DNA of 64,000 bases from positions 57,166,001-57,230,000 of the forward strand of contig NC_087437.1 of assembly GCF_036321535.1 (NCBI RefSeq). Direction: 5' to 3'. Of this stretch, positions 12,516-24,860 are shown piece after piece. A program made the position numbers and the translations under genes. The notes under the pieces are model-generated. The model worked only from the letters and a program-made list of their open reading frames with translations. It had not been told where the DNA came from and did not search any database. Numbering within the stretch: the stretch's first letter is position 1; each line of letters begins with the position of its first letter. Origin of the DNA: Camelus dromedarius (lineage: Eukaryota).

Positions 12516-13089
12516 CAAATCCCTCTCTTCATATACAAAATGGGGCAGAACCTTTTTCAGTATAGCGCTGTTCTAATTTTGGCTTTCAGTCACAAGTCTG
12601 TGCATTCTCAGTTCCCAGTCAGACTGAATATCCCTAATGCAAACTTAGAGGCCATCTCTTTATCCACAGTAGCTATAACATACTCCCAAAACAAACGAAC
12701 AAAAAATCCTGGACATAATTTGAATCCTGTTCTGACTGCCTTGCATGAGTGGCAGGTTAGACTGTGAATGTAAAAGCACTATACAAGTTCTAAAATACAA
12801 GTCAAGGAAGGTCTAGTGATCATGATGAAGACCTACTTCTTGCTCTCAAGATGACACACTTGGTGGGTGGGAGGAGGTGTAAGATAAATTAATCAGAGAA
12901 CAAGTCAAGTAAAACACACAGCACTGGAGTTTTAGGTTGGTTCATATTCTTTATGGAAGAGCTGAAGAAATCCTTTCTTGAGCTTAGGGAATAACTCTTA
13001 AGAGTGGACTTTGCAGTAGTCCACTGGGAGAGAAATCTGAGGTGAAACTTTATCAAGCCACAGGGAAATATATTCTTTCCTGGTCATTC

Positions 13090-13695
13090 CTCCTATTTCC
13101 TTTAACCGTTTTCCTCCCTTAAACATTTGTCTCCTTATAATTTTATCTGAGGCTCCTACCTCTTTCTTACCACTTTGTGCTTTTATACTGGTTTATAATC
13201 ATCTATTGCTATGGTTTCAAGTGATTTAAATTCCAAATTAGTACCTTCAAGATAAATTTCTCTCTTGACTACTTGGCCTCTATATCCAAACACCAATAAG
13301 AGTTTCACACCAAAGTTTCACACTTTAGACAACTCAAATTCAGCAAGTCACAAATTGACCTAATTATCCCTTTCTCCACCCAAATCCATATCTCTCTAAC
13401 AGTCTATGTTTCAGTGATGCTGTCACCGTTCACCCAATTTTGCAGTCTGGGAATACAGGCGTCATCTTAGTCTTCCCTCTCTCTTACCTCTCACCATCAA
13501 AACCCAGTCAGTCACTAGCTCTGAATCCTCTCTCCCTCACTCTCTCTCTACCAATGCTGTTTAATCCAGTTCCTGTTTTCATCATATCCCACAAAGATTA
13601 TGCAACAGCATCCCAACTACTTTCCCTATTTCTGTTTTTGCTGTTTCCAATGCGTTCTTCACCTGCTAGGTGACCTTTAAAAACTGCAAAACCAA
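13090..13695 (+). mobile_element. L2 LINE fragment
   Basis: ctcaaattcagcaagtc...caccgttcaccca...ggcgtcatcttagtcttccctctc...gattatgcaacagcatccc are L2 3' region motifs. Confidence 0.8.
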
Positions 13696-13696
13696 T

Positions 13697-14700
13697 TGTG
13701 ATGAGATAAATATTAACAAATCACCTTTGGTCCTAGTCTTTTAACAACCCAATAAAGAGAATTCAAGCTTAAACATCCAGACTATTTCCTTCTTCCACCC
13801 TCTATATTTAGAAATAAATATTATTGATTTCTAAATTGTCAATTATATTTTTAATCTATGAAGACATTCCAACAATAAAAGCCAACAATGCAGAGATGCC
13901 CCAAATTGTAATATCATATCAAGCTCCTAGGGGAAATAAAAGCTTGAAGATTAAAAAATCTCTGAAAGTGAAAGATAAGGGCATCAAAATTTAAAATAAT
14001 TAAAGTCCTAAAATAAAATTATTTTACCTTACCGAATTAAACGTCCAAAGAGATTTCAGTGCTCTTGAACACTTTATCCAGTTCAGTCTCATTTACATCT
14101 ACATCTAGGTGTTCTTGATGCTTTTTCCCAAAAAAAAGTGATTTTTCTATTGGCAGCTACATTCAGCATGCCTCTCACTAGCTTCAGGGTCTCAAAGGTT
14201 GTGCGGTTGTGCTGATTCAGTGCTTAGTCTCTGATATGCCTAATGTTTCAGAAGTCCTGAGAGTTAATGGGACACCCAGTACTATCAGGGCATTAACTCA
14301 ATAACTGCTCCATTCAGAGAATAAGGTCATCTTCCATCCACAGCTGGTTTATTAGGCAAAATTTCCTTTCCTGAACCCACTGCCTGAGGAAGGAGAGTAG
14401 ATGAAGAAATTTTGTTTTTAGCTCCATGGATGCCAGTGGACTTCAGCCGTCCAGCAAATGGAACCAAAGGACATAAACTCACCCAGGAGAAACTCACCTA
14501 GCCACACCAGTGTTTTGGGGATTTGGGATAGGCTGCTACTATTACTTGCCTCACCCCTGGAGAAGATTTGGAACTTCCTCCAGATTAAGGAAGGGCAGTG
14601 ATCATACTTGACAATGTACCAAAACGAACAAAAAAACCCCCCATGATTCTCAATAAAATGAAACAGTTTAATTTTTGTCCTGTCCCTGGATTAAAAACTC
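13697..14700 (-). mobile_element. Ancient Gypsy-like LTR sequence (MamGypLTR-like 3' end plus probable continuation)
   Basis: Minus strand ends ttaaaagactaggaccaaaggtgatttgttaatatttatctcatcaca, resembling remembered MamGypLTR ends. Extent beyond about 13850 is uncertain. Confidence 0.45.
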
Positions 14701-14731
14701 CAGCGAAGTCATGAATTTTCTGCCAAATGTT

Positions 14732-15861
14732 TGACAATAGACAATCCTACTGTCACCTTGAGCCACAGACATCCTCACTTGTGTTAAATCTTCTCCCTTT
14801 GCCAGTTGAAGGCACTGCAGGCTGGGAAATCAGAGCACAGTTGGCTTCTCCTTTTCCCGCTGTGCTCACCTCCTTCCCTACTCACTCCCTGCTATTCCCA
14901 TCGAGGTTAAAGTGGGGAAAAGGTAAAGCAGAGGGTTTTTACTTGAACTTGTCCTTCTGTATGCCAGCTTTGAGTTCTCTGGGTGTGCCAGATGTTTCAG
15001 GATGATTCTTTCTCTCCTGGAGCCTTTTAATGGCTTTCCACAGGTTTCCTGCTGAGCTCTCTTGCCTTCATTCCAGGTGCTTCTTTCTTCACAGCAGTAA
15101 TTTGCAGTGGTTCCTTCTGAAACTAGGTACATCTGGGGGGATAATTTCAGTCACTTTCTTCTTAGATTTCCTAGACTCCCCGGCCAACACATTGGACAGG
15201 ACTCTAAGTAGCCTCCAAATCTGCATGCTTCACCCAGCAGCCTCTGGGTGTGAAGATCTATCCCTACGCGGTCACACTCTCCTGCTCTGCCACCAAAGCA
15301 TGCAGTTAGCCTTTCCGATGCCCTCAGGATTTCCCCAAAATATGTTACAGCCCACTCCATGTTCTGTTTTGGCCTTCTCTGACTTAGGCACAAATAATCA
15401 AACTCTGTTATAGAGTTTGGAGACTCAAACGCCCTTCCTTCTGACACAGGTCCAGGACTGTCAGATGGCAGATTGGCGTCAGGTACCAGGACAGTCTGGT
15501 GTGGAGAAAGCCCACACCCAGGACAGTTCTGAGTTCCTTCTACCCTTGGTCCTTTTCACCCAGGCCATCTGCTAATTTCCACCTGTCAATAAGAGCCACA
15601 CTCCACTTCTCTCTCCTTTCCTCTGGTTCCAGGCTTACCCAGTTCCTTTTAGGAGAAAAAAGATATATATAACCTACAGGCAAGATTCTTCACTGTTACT
15701 TAGACATTTATAACTGAGATAAGGGGTTGGTCCCTTAAAGTTTTGTTTTTTCTTTCCAGTAACTTTAACGAACAAAAAATGCTCTCCAGGGAATAAAAAA
15801 TAAAAGAAAGGAATGTACAGAGAAAAACTAGATTTATATTTTGAGTTTTAACCTTGTTACA
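14732..15861 (-). mobile_element. Ancient LTR of about 1.13 kb (LTR78/LTR79-like)
   Basis: Minus strand runs TGTAACAAGG...ggctcaaggtgacagtaggattgtctattgtCA. It is preceded by a polypurine tract AGAAGGGGAGAA (15864-15875) and is GC-richer than its flanks. Confidence 0.55.
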
Positions 15862-16224
15862 GATTCTCCCCTTCTAAATTTTCCATCTTTCCAGAGAAAG
15901 TTACATTTTATCTAGGGACTTTTCCTCCCCGAGAGTATAGGAGCCAGGAGACTCTCGGACTGTGCTTCAACTGGGATAGTCATTTCTTAGTACCTCCATG
16001 CAAGCCAGTGAGCCATGTGGGTGACACACTTTTCCCAGTTTCCCAGACAAACACACAAACCAGACCACTTAAGGATGAACCTGCCTTCTCTATCAGGAAG
16101 GGGCACATTTATCTCTTACCAGGCAGACTTCTGTCTAAAACAATTGGGATCATTTGCCTCCCTGACTCCCACCTCAACTTCACTTCTTACACACGTTTGT
16201 AACTTCCAAAACTTCACTTCTTCT

Positions 16225-17060
16225 TTTTTTTTTCTTTTTATGAAAAATTCCAAACACACAGAATTTCACTGATTTTTAGGCACTCATAATTTTTCAGCTC
16301 AATATCTCTAAGGTTAGAATGTATCTCACAATCGATGGTGTGCCATAATTTAATTCTTGCCTCTTTTCTTCTTTAGTGGTACATTGGCTAGCATCTAAGA
16401 TTTGATAATACACATTGCATAAACATGGAGAGAACAGACTAATTAACATTCATTAATGATCCCCTGTATTTAACAAGCATCATCTCATTGTATATCTTTA
16501 TCTTTTTAATCTTTCTTATTACTGTGCAGTGTATCTCATTTTAATAATTATTTTAGTAATTTCACTGCATGTTAACCTTAAATACTATAGCTTCATCTTT
16601 AAAAATCTGAGAACACTTTCTTACATACAACACTATTATCACACCATCAAAACTTAAAAATATACATTAACTTATTCTAATAACAAATCCATTTTCAATT
16701 GTTCCCAGTTGCCCGTTAAAATAACTTTTTTTATCTGGTTTATTTGAATCAAATTTCAAATAAAGTCTCTTTTAGTCTGCCCTTCTTGTGTGTGTGTGTG
16801 TGTGTGTGTCATTGACTTTTGAGGAAACCACATAATTTGTCAGAAGGCCCAAATTCAAGATTTATCTGATTGCCTCCTTATGGTATAATTTATTTTTCTG
16901 TCCACTATGTTTCCTATGAATTAGAAATTAGAGATAAAAACTCATGTCTAATATTTTTGGCAAGTATACATCATAGCTGGCACTGTGTACTTTGTATTGT
17001 ATCATATCAAGGGGAACACAATGCCTGGTTGGACCACATTTAGAGATGATCAGTTTTAGA
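16225..17060 (-). mobile_element. L1MC4/5-type 3' end with a (TG)n tract at about 16787-16809
   Basis: ccttaaatact...cactattatcacacc...gtcattgacttttgagg...gatttatctgattgcctcc...atttttggcaagtatacatcatag are L1MC 3' UTR motifs. Confidence 0.75.
16259..16412 (+). mobile_element. MER104-like Tc2/mariner MITE nested in the L1MC
   Basis: gtatctcacaatcgatggtgtgccataatttaatt...tctttagtggtaca...gcatctaagatttgat follows the remembered MER104 consensus. Confidence 0.7.
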
Positions 17061-19179
17061 ATCGGTATCTTTCTGTAGCAGTCTATTTTTTTTTTTCCAT
17101 GAATGAAATTGACTCTCAGATCTTTCCAAGGTTGAGAGCATGTTAATGTTCATCTCTTTCTTTGAGTCATTCTCTTTTGAACTATTTGTTTTTCACAAGT
17201 CATGGCCGTCCATCCACATAATTTATGAGTGGCTACTTCTACAGAATGATAGATCTGTATCAAAGGACTTCCTCCTCAAATAAAAAGACTTATTAGAATT
17301 CCATGTAAGTGTGTGGGTCATGGTGATACACAGACTTCCAAGCTGGAGAAATGCTAATATCAAAATGAGGCTGGGAGGGAAGCATTTTAAAATATTTCCT
17401 CCAAGTTATTTTTTTTCTTCTATATAAGGAAGAAGGAAGAAATGATTCTGATCTGAAAAATCTAGATAAATTACCTCAATGCGTATAACCAGAAATCGAA
17501 TAGAAAGGAATTTATTTGATCTCCTCTGAAATTAAATGGGAAGTTGCTTGATTTCCTCTGGAGTTTTCTGAGTTCATAATAACCCTCCTAACTCCTCATG
17601 TGAAAATTGAGAATTAGTTAAAATGTATTTCCTATCTGTAAAAACTAAGTGCCAAATTTTTCCTTCCATAGTCATTTCTAATTCTGATTACTGGCTTGTC
17701 CTTGTTTATATTTTAGTAGTTTGAGTTAGAGGGGCACCCAGAAGAATTAATCATCATAATTCCATATGCATGGTCCCCAAAGCTTTATAAACAGCAGCAA
17801 AATAATAAAGTTTCAGAAGAACATAATGTTCCCCAGGGTAGAGGAAAGTAATAATGAAATTAGGCGTGACGATGCAAAACAGAGCACTCAGGAGCTCTCC
17901 AAGGAGTCCTTGTTTAAACTTTCATTTTCATTTTATTTTAGATGTGATTACCACATGTATTAATGTAGCACTGTATGGTTTTAACATTTTGGAAGGCTAA
18001 AATACATTTCAATGATATAAACACAAAAACATTAGGTCAGAAGTTGGTAACTGAAACAGACAATATGTAGAAAATCCAGTAGAGGGGTGTCTGTGATGAG
18101 AGACTCTAAAGACAAGGGGATGTTACTGGGAGATGGTAGGCTGCTAATGTGATATATTTTCCAGTGTATTTGGAGAGACACTGAAAGCTTACATCTTTTA
18201 TTAGAACAAATTACCCAACTAGAATGATTATTATATATTGTAATTGGTGAGAACTTTGTCCTCAAAGTGTTCTTAAGTGTGTCATGTTTCCCTGACTTTT
18301 TCTATTATGAAATAAGCTTGGGAAATATTGGGTTAATGAAGTTGGACAGATTTCTTTCCTGTAGACTTCAGAGAGTTTTCAGGATTTTTTTCCCATTATG
18401 TTTCCTCAATAAAGAAGTGTAGCATAGTAGTTTTGAAAGTTATTTGATCACATTCCTCGAGATTTTTTTTCTTCTTCACATGAATAGTAATTTTTTATTG
18501 TATGGTGGGTATGGTGAGCGATACAGTGTAGGACTTGAAATCTGCCTATTAAAGGTATTGAGTTTTATAAGTTTTGCTCCAACAGGCAGTTAATTACTGA
18601 CATCATATTGTTCCTGTGGAAGATTGGCTTTAGACTTTATTGTGGTGGGTCTCTTTTTGTTTATGTTGCTTGTTCACTTGTCTTACTGTTTTTAATCCTG
18701 GGATATGGTCCTTATTATTAAAATATATCTATTCTCTGGTTTTATTGAAAAGTTTGAAAGGCTTACCAAGCCCCTCTAACTTGGCAAGATATGAATTCTA
18801 CAACTCTACTTTTACAGACCTCTACTGTTGTTAATATCTATTCTTGGCTATTTCAGGCTGCTAGGTGTTGCTCTCCTTGGGAACTTGACTCATACACGGT
18901 ATTTTAGGAGTTAACCTAAACGATATATTATGCATATTTTGATGCTCATACTTTGTAGAGACTTCCTTTTCTGAATTTTGCCCCTAAATTTTATAGCCCC
19001 TCTGGCAGCCTTGAGCTCAGCCCAATAAGCAGACACTTTCTCCTTGAGATCATCCCCTATGTACAACACCAAGTGTTATAGCCACCTTTTTAATAGTGCT
19101 CTTTGTGTTCCATTAAGCACACTTTAGTGATTGCTACTAAATAATGTGATCAATGAATTTAACATAATCAAAAAAACCT

Positions 19180-19930
19180 ATACCAAGTAATATATCCTTA
19201 TTAAGATAACGTGAAAATTAAGGAAAGCAAAGGAAAACTTATATATTCACCTGAGTTAAATATCACCAATGTTGATTTTTTTAGTATTTTCTTCTAGTGT
19301 GTTTCTATAGCACTTTCAAATACAGGATTATAATTACATTTTATGTGAAATATTGTAACATGCCTCTCACACTTAGAAATACTATGGGTAGTTTTCCACA
19401 TGAAGCAGTAATTTTTTTAATGGTTTCATAATATTTCATCAGGTTTATTTGGCCATTCCGTATTGTTTAAATTAACTTTTTAAAATCCCTCTAAGTTTTA
19501 TATTTTTATAAATTCTGCTGAGACAGTTTTGTTTATAAACACATTTTAAATTAAATATTATTTCCATAAGATATTTCTTGAGTGGTATACTTTCTAGGTC
19601 AAGGGTTATGAACATATTTAGGACTAATAAGAACACATTGAAACAGCAATGTTTGCAAGTCCTCTTTCACTATATCCTGTTAAATCTGTACATTGTTGTT
19701 TTGGGGAAAAAGTGTTAATGTGATAAGTAATCAGGGTTGTTACATTATTTCTATTTGCACTTCAGTGGTCACTAGTAGGTTATGCACATTTTCAGGTGTG
19801 TTTAGTTAATATAATCTTGTGTTAATTAACAAGTATTTTGGTCTTATTCTCATTAATTTGTGTGAGGTTTTATAAGATTAACATGATAACCTTAGTCATT
19901 TATAAAAGCAAATAATTTTCTCAGGTTTTT
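19180..19930 (-). mobile_element. Very old L1ME-type 3' end
   Basis: ggccattccgtattg...ctaggtcaagggttatgaacat...atttgcacttc are degenerate L1ME motifs. Confidence 0.6.
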
Positions 19931-20029
19931 ACTGCTGAATCATATGTTTAAGTTATTGGAGTGACACATACTCACTTAATAAACATCCCTAACTAGTTTA
20001 ACCTTTTGCTTGTGATACTCCCTTTTAAT

Positions 20030-20710
20030 AGGTCTTATTTCTTTACTCACTTCCTGTCTCACTTGGTGTAGGTCAACTGAGCAGCCAAGGTAATAATTTT
20101 CAAACATAAATTTAGCAGCCAAAGTAATAATTTTAAAAAGTAAATCACATCACATCATTTCCTACTCAGAACTATCCAGTGACTTCCCATGTCATACAGA
20201 AGAAAATCCGAAGTTCTTTACATAATTCCCAAAGCCCTGTATGCTGTCAAACATCTCCTATAACTCTTTTTCTCACTCAATCCACTCAACCCCCATTGAC
20301 CTTCTTACCTTTCCTGGAACCTTCATGCGTATTCCTACCTCAGGGCCTTGTATGTGATGTTCTCTTGAAATTAATGAACCTGCCCAAATTGTCATATGGC
20401 TCAATCCCTTTCTTTATTTACATGTCCTCTTAGATAACAAATCCTCAGAGAAAATTTATCTGTGCTGGCATCTTTACATCACTCTTTATCTCAACGTCTT
20501 TTTTTTTTTTCTTCAGTATTCATGGCATCTGTCAGTATTTCAAGATACGTACACACAAACACACATTCACACTCACACATCCCTTTGTCTCCCTCACTAG
20601 GATAGAGGCTTCACGAAGATGAGGCTTTTTTCTTTCTTTCTTTCTCTTTAATGCTGTATATATTGGACCTAGAATAATGTCTGTACCAAAGAACCAGAAG
20701 AAACTTAAAA
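20030..20710 (+). mobile_element. L2 LINE 3' part with a 34-bp internal tandem duplication
   Basis: cctactcagaactatccagtgacttccc...cctacctcagggccttg...tgtctccctcactagga. The unit agcagccaaRgtaataatttt occurs at 20080 and 20114. Confidence 0.85.
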
Positions 20711-23365
20711 ATAGAAGGAAAAATGCAGTCATAATTACTGTTAACATTTGAGTATTATTTTCAGTCTTTAGAATTACAGATTTTATAGAACTTATGATTA
20801 AATTTTGAATTTTACATTAAGAGTATATGGAAATCTTTTCTTCAAATTTTTACTTGACTTTATTCTGTAAGTATTTTTCATATCATGATATAGTTAGTGT
20901 TCATTAGCATTTTAAAGGACTGAAGATTATTTTTCATTAGTAACTTAATATCACAACAGGGTCACACTGTTTTCACTAAATCTTAGCTTAAATATTTTAT
21001 TACTTAATAGGTGTTATATTATTCATAGTCATTGGTAAAGTTTTCTCATTTTAAAGTATTTTAAAGCGAATTCACATTTTTTCTTTAAAAGTTTACATTT
21101 TTGAAAACTTTTTTTTAATTATCAAAATTAAATTATTTCTGTAGTGTATAAAATCTGCTCAAGTCCAATATATCACTACAACTCCCTTCTTTTTCTTGCA
21201 AAAGATCATTTCTACATTTTTCTTGACTGAGTTTTCCAGGTACTTTCTAATATTACTACTTTTAAAAAATACAACCTGTATATTTTTAAAATACTACTAT
21301 TTTTCAGCATGTTAATTTATTTAGTTTACTTTTTTCTTTGCCATTTGATTTATTCAGCTCAGCTAATTTATTTCCTCTCTGTTTTCAAATAATGAAAGTA
21401 TTTAGGTTTATGAACTTACCTTTGTTCAAATTTAATTAATTTTTGTCTGTTTATATTTATTTTTAAGTATTGACTCATAGTATATTAAAATTTCACCTTG
21501 ATCCAGAATTATATAAGACAATATTTTTGAATATTCAAGCCGCTGAAAAATTTTGAATTATTTAAATTTATTTAATGTCAAGTTCTATTCAATTTTAATT
21601 AGAAAATATACTCTGAATAAATTCTCTTTTACTATTTTTTAGTTTTTGTGGAGCTAAATCTGACCCTTTTTTAAAAGTTTCCTTTGGTATATTTATCTGT
21701 ATTTAGTGCTATTTTATTGTTTTTATTAATGTTAGTATGGTTATTTTTAATGTGTCTGTTTCTTTACTATAAAATGAAGCTGTATATATTTTTGTTGGTT
21801 TCCTCTTTAAATTATATATATTTTTATTAATAATAATCTGTTGCTTGTTTATGTTTCCTTGACATATTTATTTTGCTTTTATTTAACCTTACAATTTCAT
21901 GTTATTTTAAACCACATAAGCAAATTACAGATTTTTTTTTGAAACATACAAACTAAAAAATGTCTCTTCATAGTAAAATATAATAAATGTCATACATATT
22001 CTAGACTGCTATGCTTATTTTTATATGTATATATAAAGATTTCTTTCAGCATATGATTTAACTAATGCTTACCTAATTTTCAAACTAGAAAAACAAGTGT
22101 GATACTCATTTATCAAAGATGACAGAGAATATTTGTTTTACTAATCAAATTTCTTGGTTGAAAATCTAAGATTGTGATACCTAGAGTTAAAAATATACAT
22201 ATATTTTAAAACATGTATAATCTTATTGTTTTACCTATTGTGATCACAATGTCAGTAGTTATTTAGACAAATCTCTACACACAACTCTTTCATTGGCCAT
22301 AAATGCTAGTTCGTTCCTATCCTATTTATCACACTTTTTGGTTTATTTATTTGGAGTCATATCTTGGTTATGGCTTGTGTGTTTAAATAATTTTCTCAGT
22401 AGTAATAGACATTAGTAATATGTTTTTATCAATCCTGAATACATAAAAAGTTATTCCCTTTAACTCTCTTTCAGCAACAATTTGGTTTAGTAGAAAATTC
22501 TATATTTTGGCCTCTTTCCCTTAATACATTTCGGATATTACACTAGTAGCCTCTAAAATTTAGATTGTGGTCAAGAAATCTAAGAGTTGTTTTTTAAAAA
22601 GTTAATAAGCTATTCTCTGTATTCATCTATTTTAATACTTCTATTTTATATCATTTAAGTTAAAAATGTGTACCCTTTACCTTTGAATTTTGTATTATTT
22701 TCAAGATTACCATCTATTTATTTTTTTCTCTGCTGTGACATCATTTATTTCCTGCCTGCCATATGAATTTATATCAAACCACTCCATTTTGTTTTCCATA
22801 AAGCCTTTTATCACACAAATTTGTCTTTATATATATTATCAAATAGAACTGTCAGAAGCATTCCTTAACATGGGTTCTCCTACTCCCATTACAAAGGAGG
22901 AAACAGAGTAAGAGGAACTCATTTGTTCATTCATTCAAAGTCACACAATAAGTTGTATCAGGTGTTCAAATTCTGATTAATTGTACTAAGTTCTTCACAA
23001 CGGGGCTCTTCTAAAATGTTATTATGTATGTTGTAGTGAATTCAGTTCAGAGGAAGATTTTTCCTTTGATGTCTGTCCTTCTCTGCTACAGAAACTTTTA
23101 GAGGTCTAAAATGTATTTTTCTTCTGTTTGGACATTTGGCTATAAAAATCTCCTATCAGATCTGAAAATAGGGAACAGTAAGGCGATCTGAATGCCACTT
23201 AGATGCTTCCTAGTCCTCTTTATGTCTGACGGAACAGCAATCTTACCTTTAAAGTTGAAAAGAAGGTAGAGGCACAGTTCTTAAAACTTACTATGTAACT
23301 AGGTCATGTTAGTTCCACTTTTTGAGATAAAGCATATTCTCATCTAGGCTGAAGTTTCCCAAACC

Positions 23366-23940
23366 CAGAGTAGGGAAACACCCTAAGGTGATCCCCATGA
23401 TCGAAGCCGGTATGTAATCTTTCCCCTTGACTCTAGGTAGGATCCATGACTTCCTCCTAATTTGTTTTATATAATAATGGCAAGGTGATGGGATGCCACC
23501 CCTGTGATTATGTTTTGTTGTATCAGGATGCATCTTAACAGACTGGAGAAAGAAATTCTTCTATTGGCCTCAAGGAAGTAGATAACAATATTATGAGCTA
23601 CCTGTGAAGAGAGCCACAGGTTGGGGAGCTTGTGAGCAGCCTTTACGGAACTGCAAGGGGCCTCAACCCAGCAAAATGTTGCGGATCTCAGTATACAGCT
23701 GCATGAATATGGATTCCACTAACATCTGCATATACTTGGAAGCAGATGCTTTCCTGCTTGAATCCCCAGATGAGAATAAAGCACAGCCAACAACTTGAGT
23801 ACAGCCTTGTGAGACCCTGAGCTGAGAAACCAGCTAAGCCATGGCTAAACTTCTGACCTATATAAACTGTGAGGTAATTATGTGTTTTTATGAGACTAAA
23901 TTTATGTTAATTTGTAATGCAGTAACAGAAAATTCATACA
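23366..23940 (+). mobile_element. MaLR LTR (MLT1E-like)
   Basis: cttggaagcagat...ccagatgagaa...cagccttgtgagaccctgagc...aaactgtgaggtaa...gtaacagaaaattcataca is the MLT1 3' end. Confidence 0.9.
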
Positions 23941-24261
23941 CATGGTTATTTACCAAATTTACCTAGAGGAGATTGTTAAAAATATATATTCTTGTGTATT
24001 TTTTATTGTTTATTTTTAAACTTTATCACAATCTTGAGGTAGAACCATGCTTTAAAATTTTCTTTTTAAATAAAGCATGCTTGAGAATAATTCTCAGAAT
24101 TTTGAGAATCAGTGCTCTAGGCACTACACAGAAGAAAGTATCTTTTAGTGAATCACAGGTTGGAGTATGAGGCTTAGGAAAAATTCCAGGTATATTTAGG
24201 TGAATGGCTTAAATCTGAGTCTTTACCTGTGAGGCGAATAAATCTAAAGGAATATCCTTTT

Positions 24262-24640
24262 CATTCAGTTTAGGTCTCTTGAGAAGTGGAAGCCAAGACA
24301 CGACTGGTAATTTATTGAGGGAAATACTTGCAAATCGTGAAAGAGAAGGGAGCAGAAGTTGGCAGTTAGAGGTTTCAGATAGTGAGGGAGTTAGACACTA
24401 GAGAAACAAAAAGGAAAGGAAAGCTGGGCTCATCCTACCCTCTCAGACCTCAGCCTGGTATTAAAAATGTATCAGTCAATGGGAATCCTCAAGCAAAATT
24501 GCTTTTTCAGACAGGAAGGGTCCACTACTACAGTCAACAGGCACAGTTATTGTCTGGGAGCGACCAGCCTAAGGAAATATGGCTTCCATGTTCTTGTCTA
24601 AGGAGATCCAGTGGAATAGCAGTGGGATTCAGTCACCTCT
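24262..24640 (-). mobile_element. ERVL LTR (LTR16-like)
   Basis: gagaagtggaagccaagaca...aatttattgagggaaatac...gggagcagaagttggcag...tttcaga pattern. Confidence 0.6.
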
Positions 24641-24689
24641 GATCCTCAGAGCAGTTAATCTTAAAAGAGTAATGTCACTGCAAAGACAG

Positions 24690-24860
24690 AGTGCTTTTGA
24701 ATATAGGTCTGATGCAGAGAAAACAGGACAAGGGATGGAGGGAAAAATTCAGGTCCTGGAGAAAACACTTGAGTACCTGAGTCAAACCTCATGGGAGTCA
24801 AACCTACCTGTGGAGTTTTAAAGTTTCATTACTCAGCAAATACCCTTTGGGTTAAAAAAG
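24690..24860 (+). mobile_element. Old MaLR LTR fragment (MLT1J/K-like)
   Basis: gatggagg...caggtcctgg...ttgagtacctgagtcaaacc...aaacctacctgtgga. Confidence 0.55.

Noticed and set aside
14727..15447. Cluster of overlapping ORFs as a possible gag/env remnant
   Set aside because: They fall inside the LTR-like segment and show no retroviral protein motifs. Higher GC explains the lack of stops.
20750..22850. Extremely AT/T-rich 2-kb tract as a special structural element
   Set aside because: The T skew and scattered motifs fit a heavily decayed antisense L1ME/HAL1. No periodicity seen.
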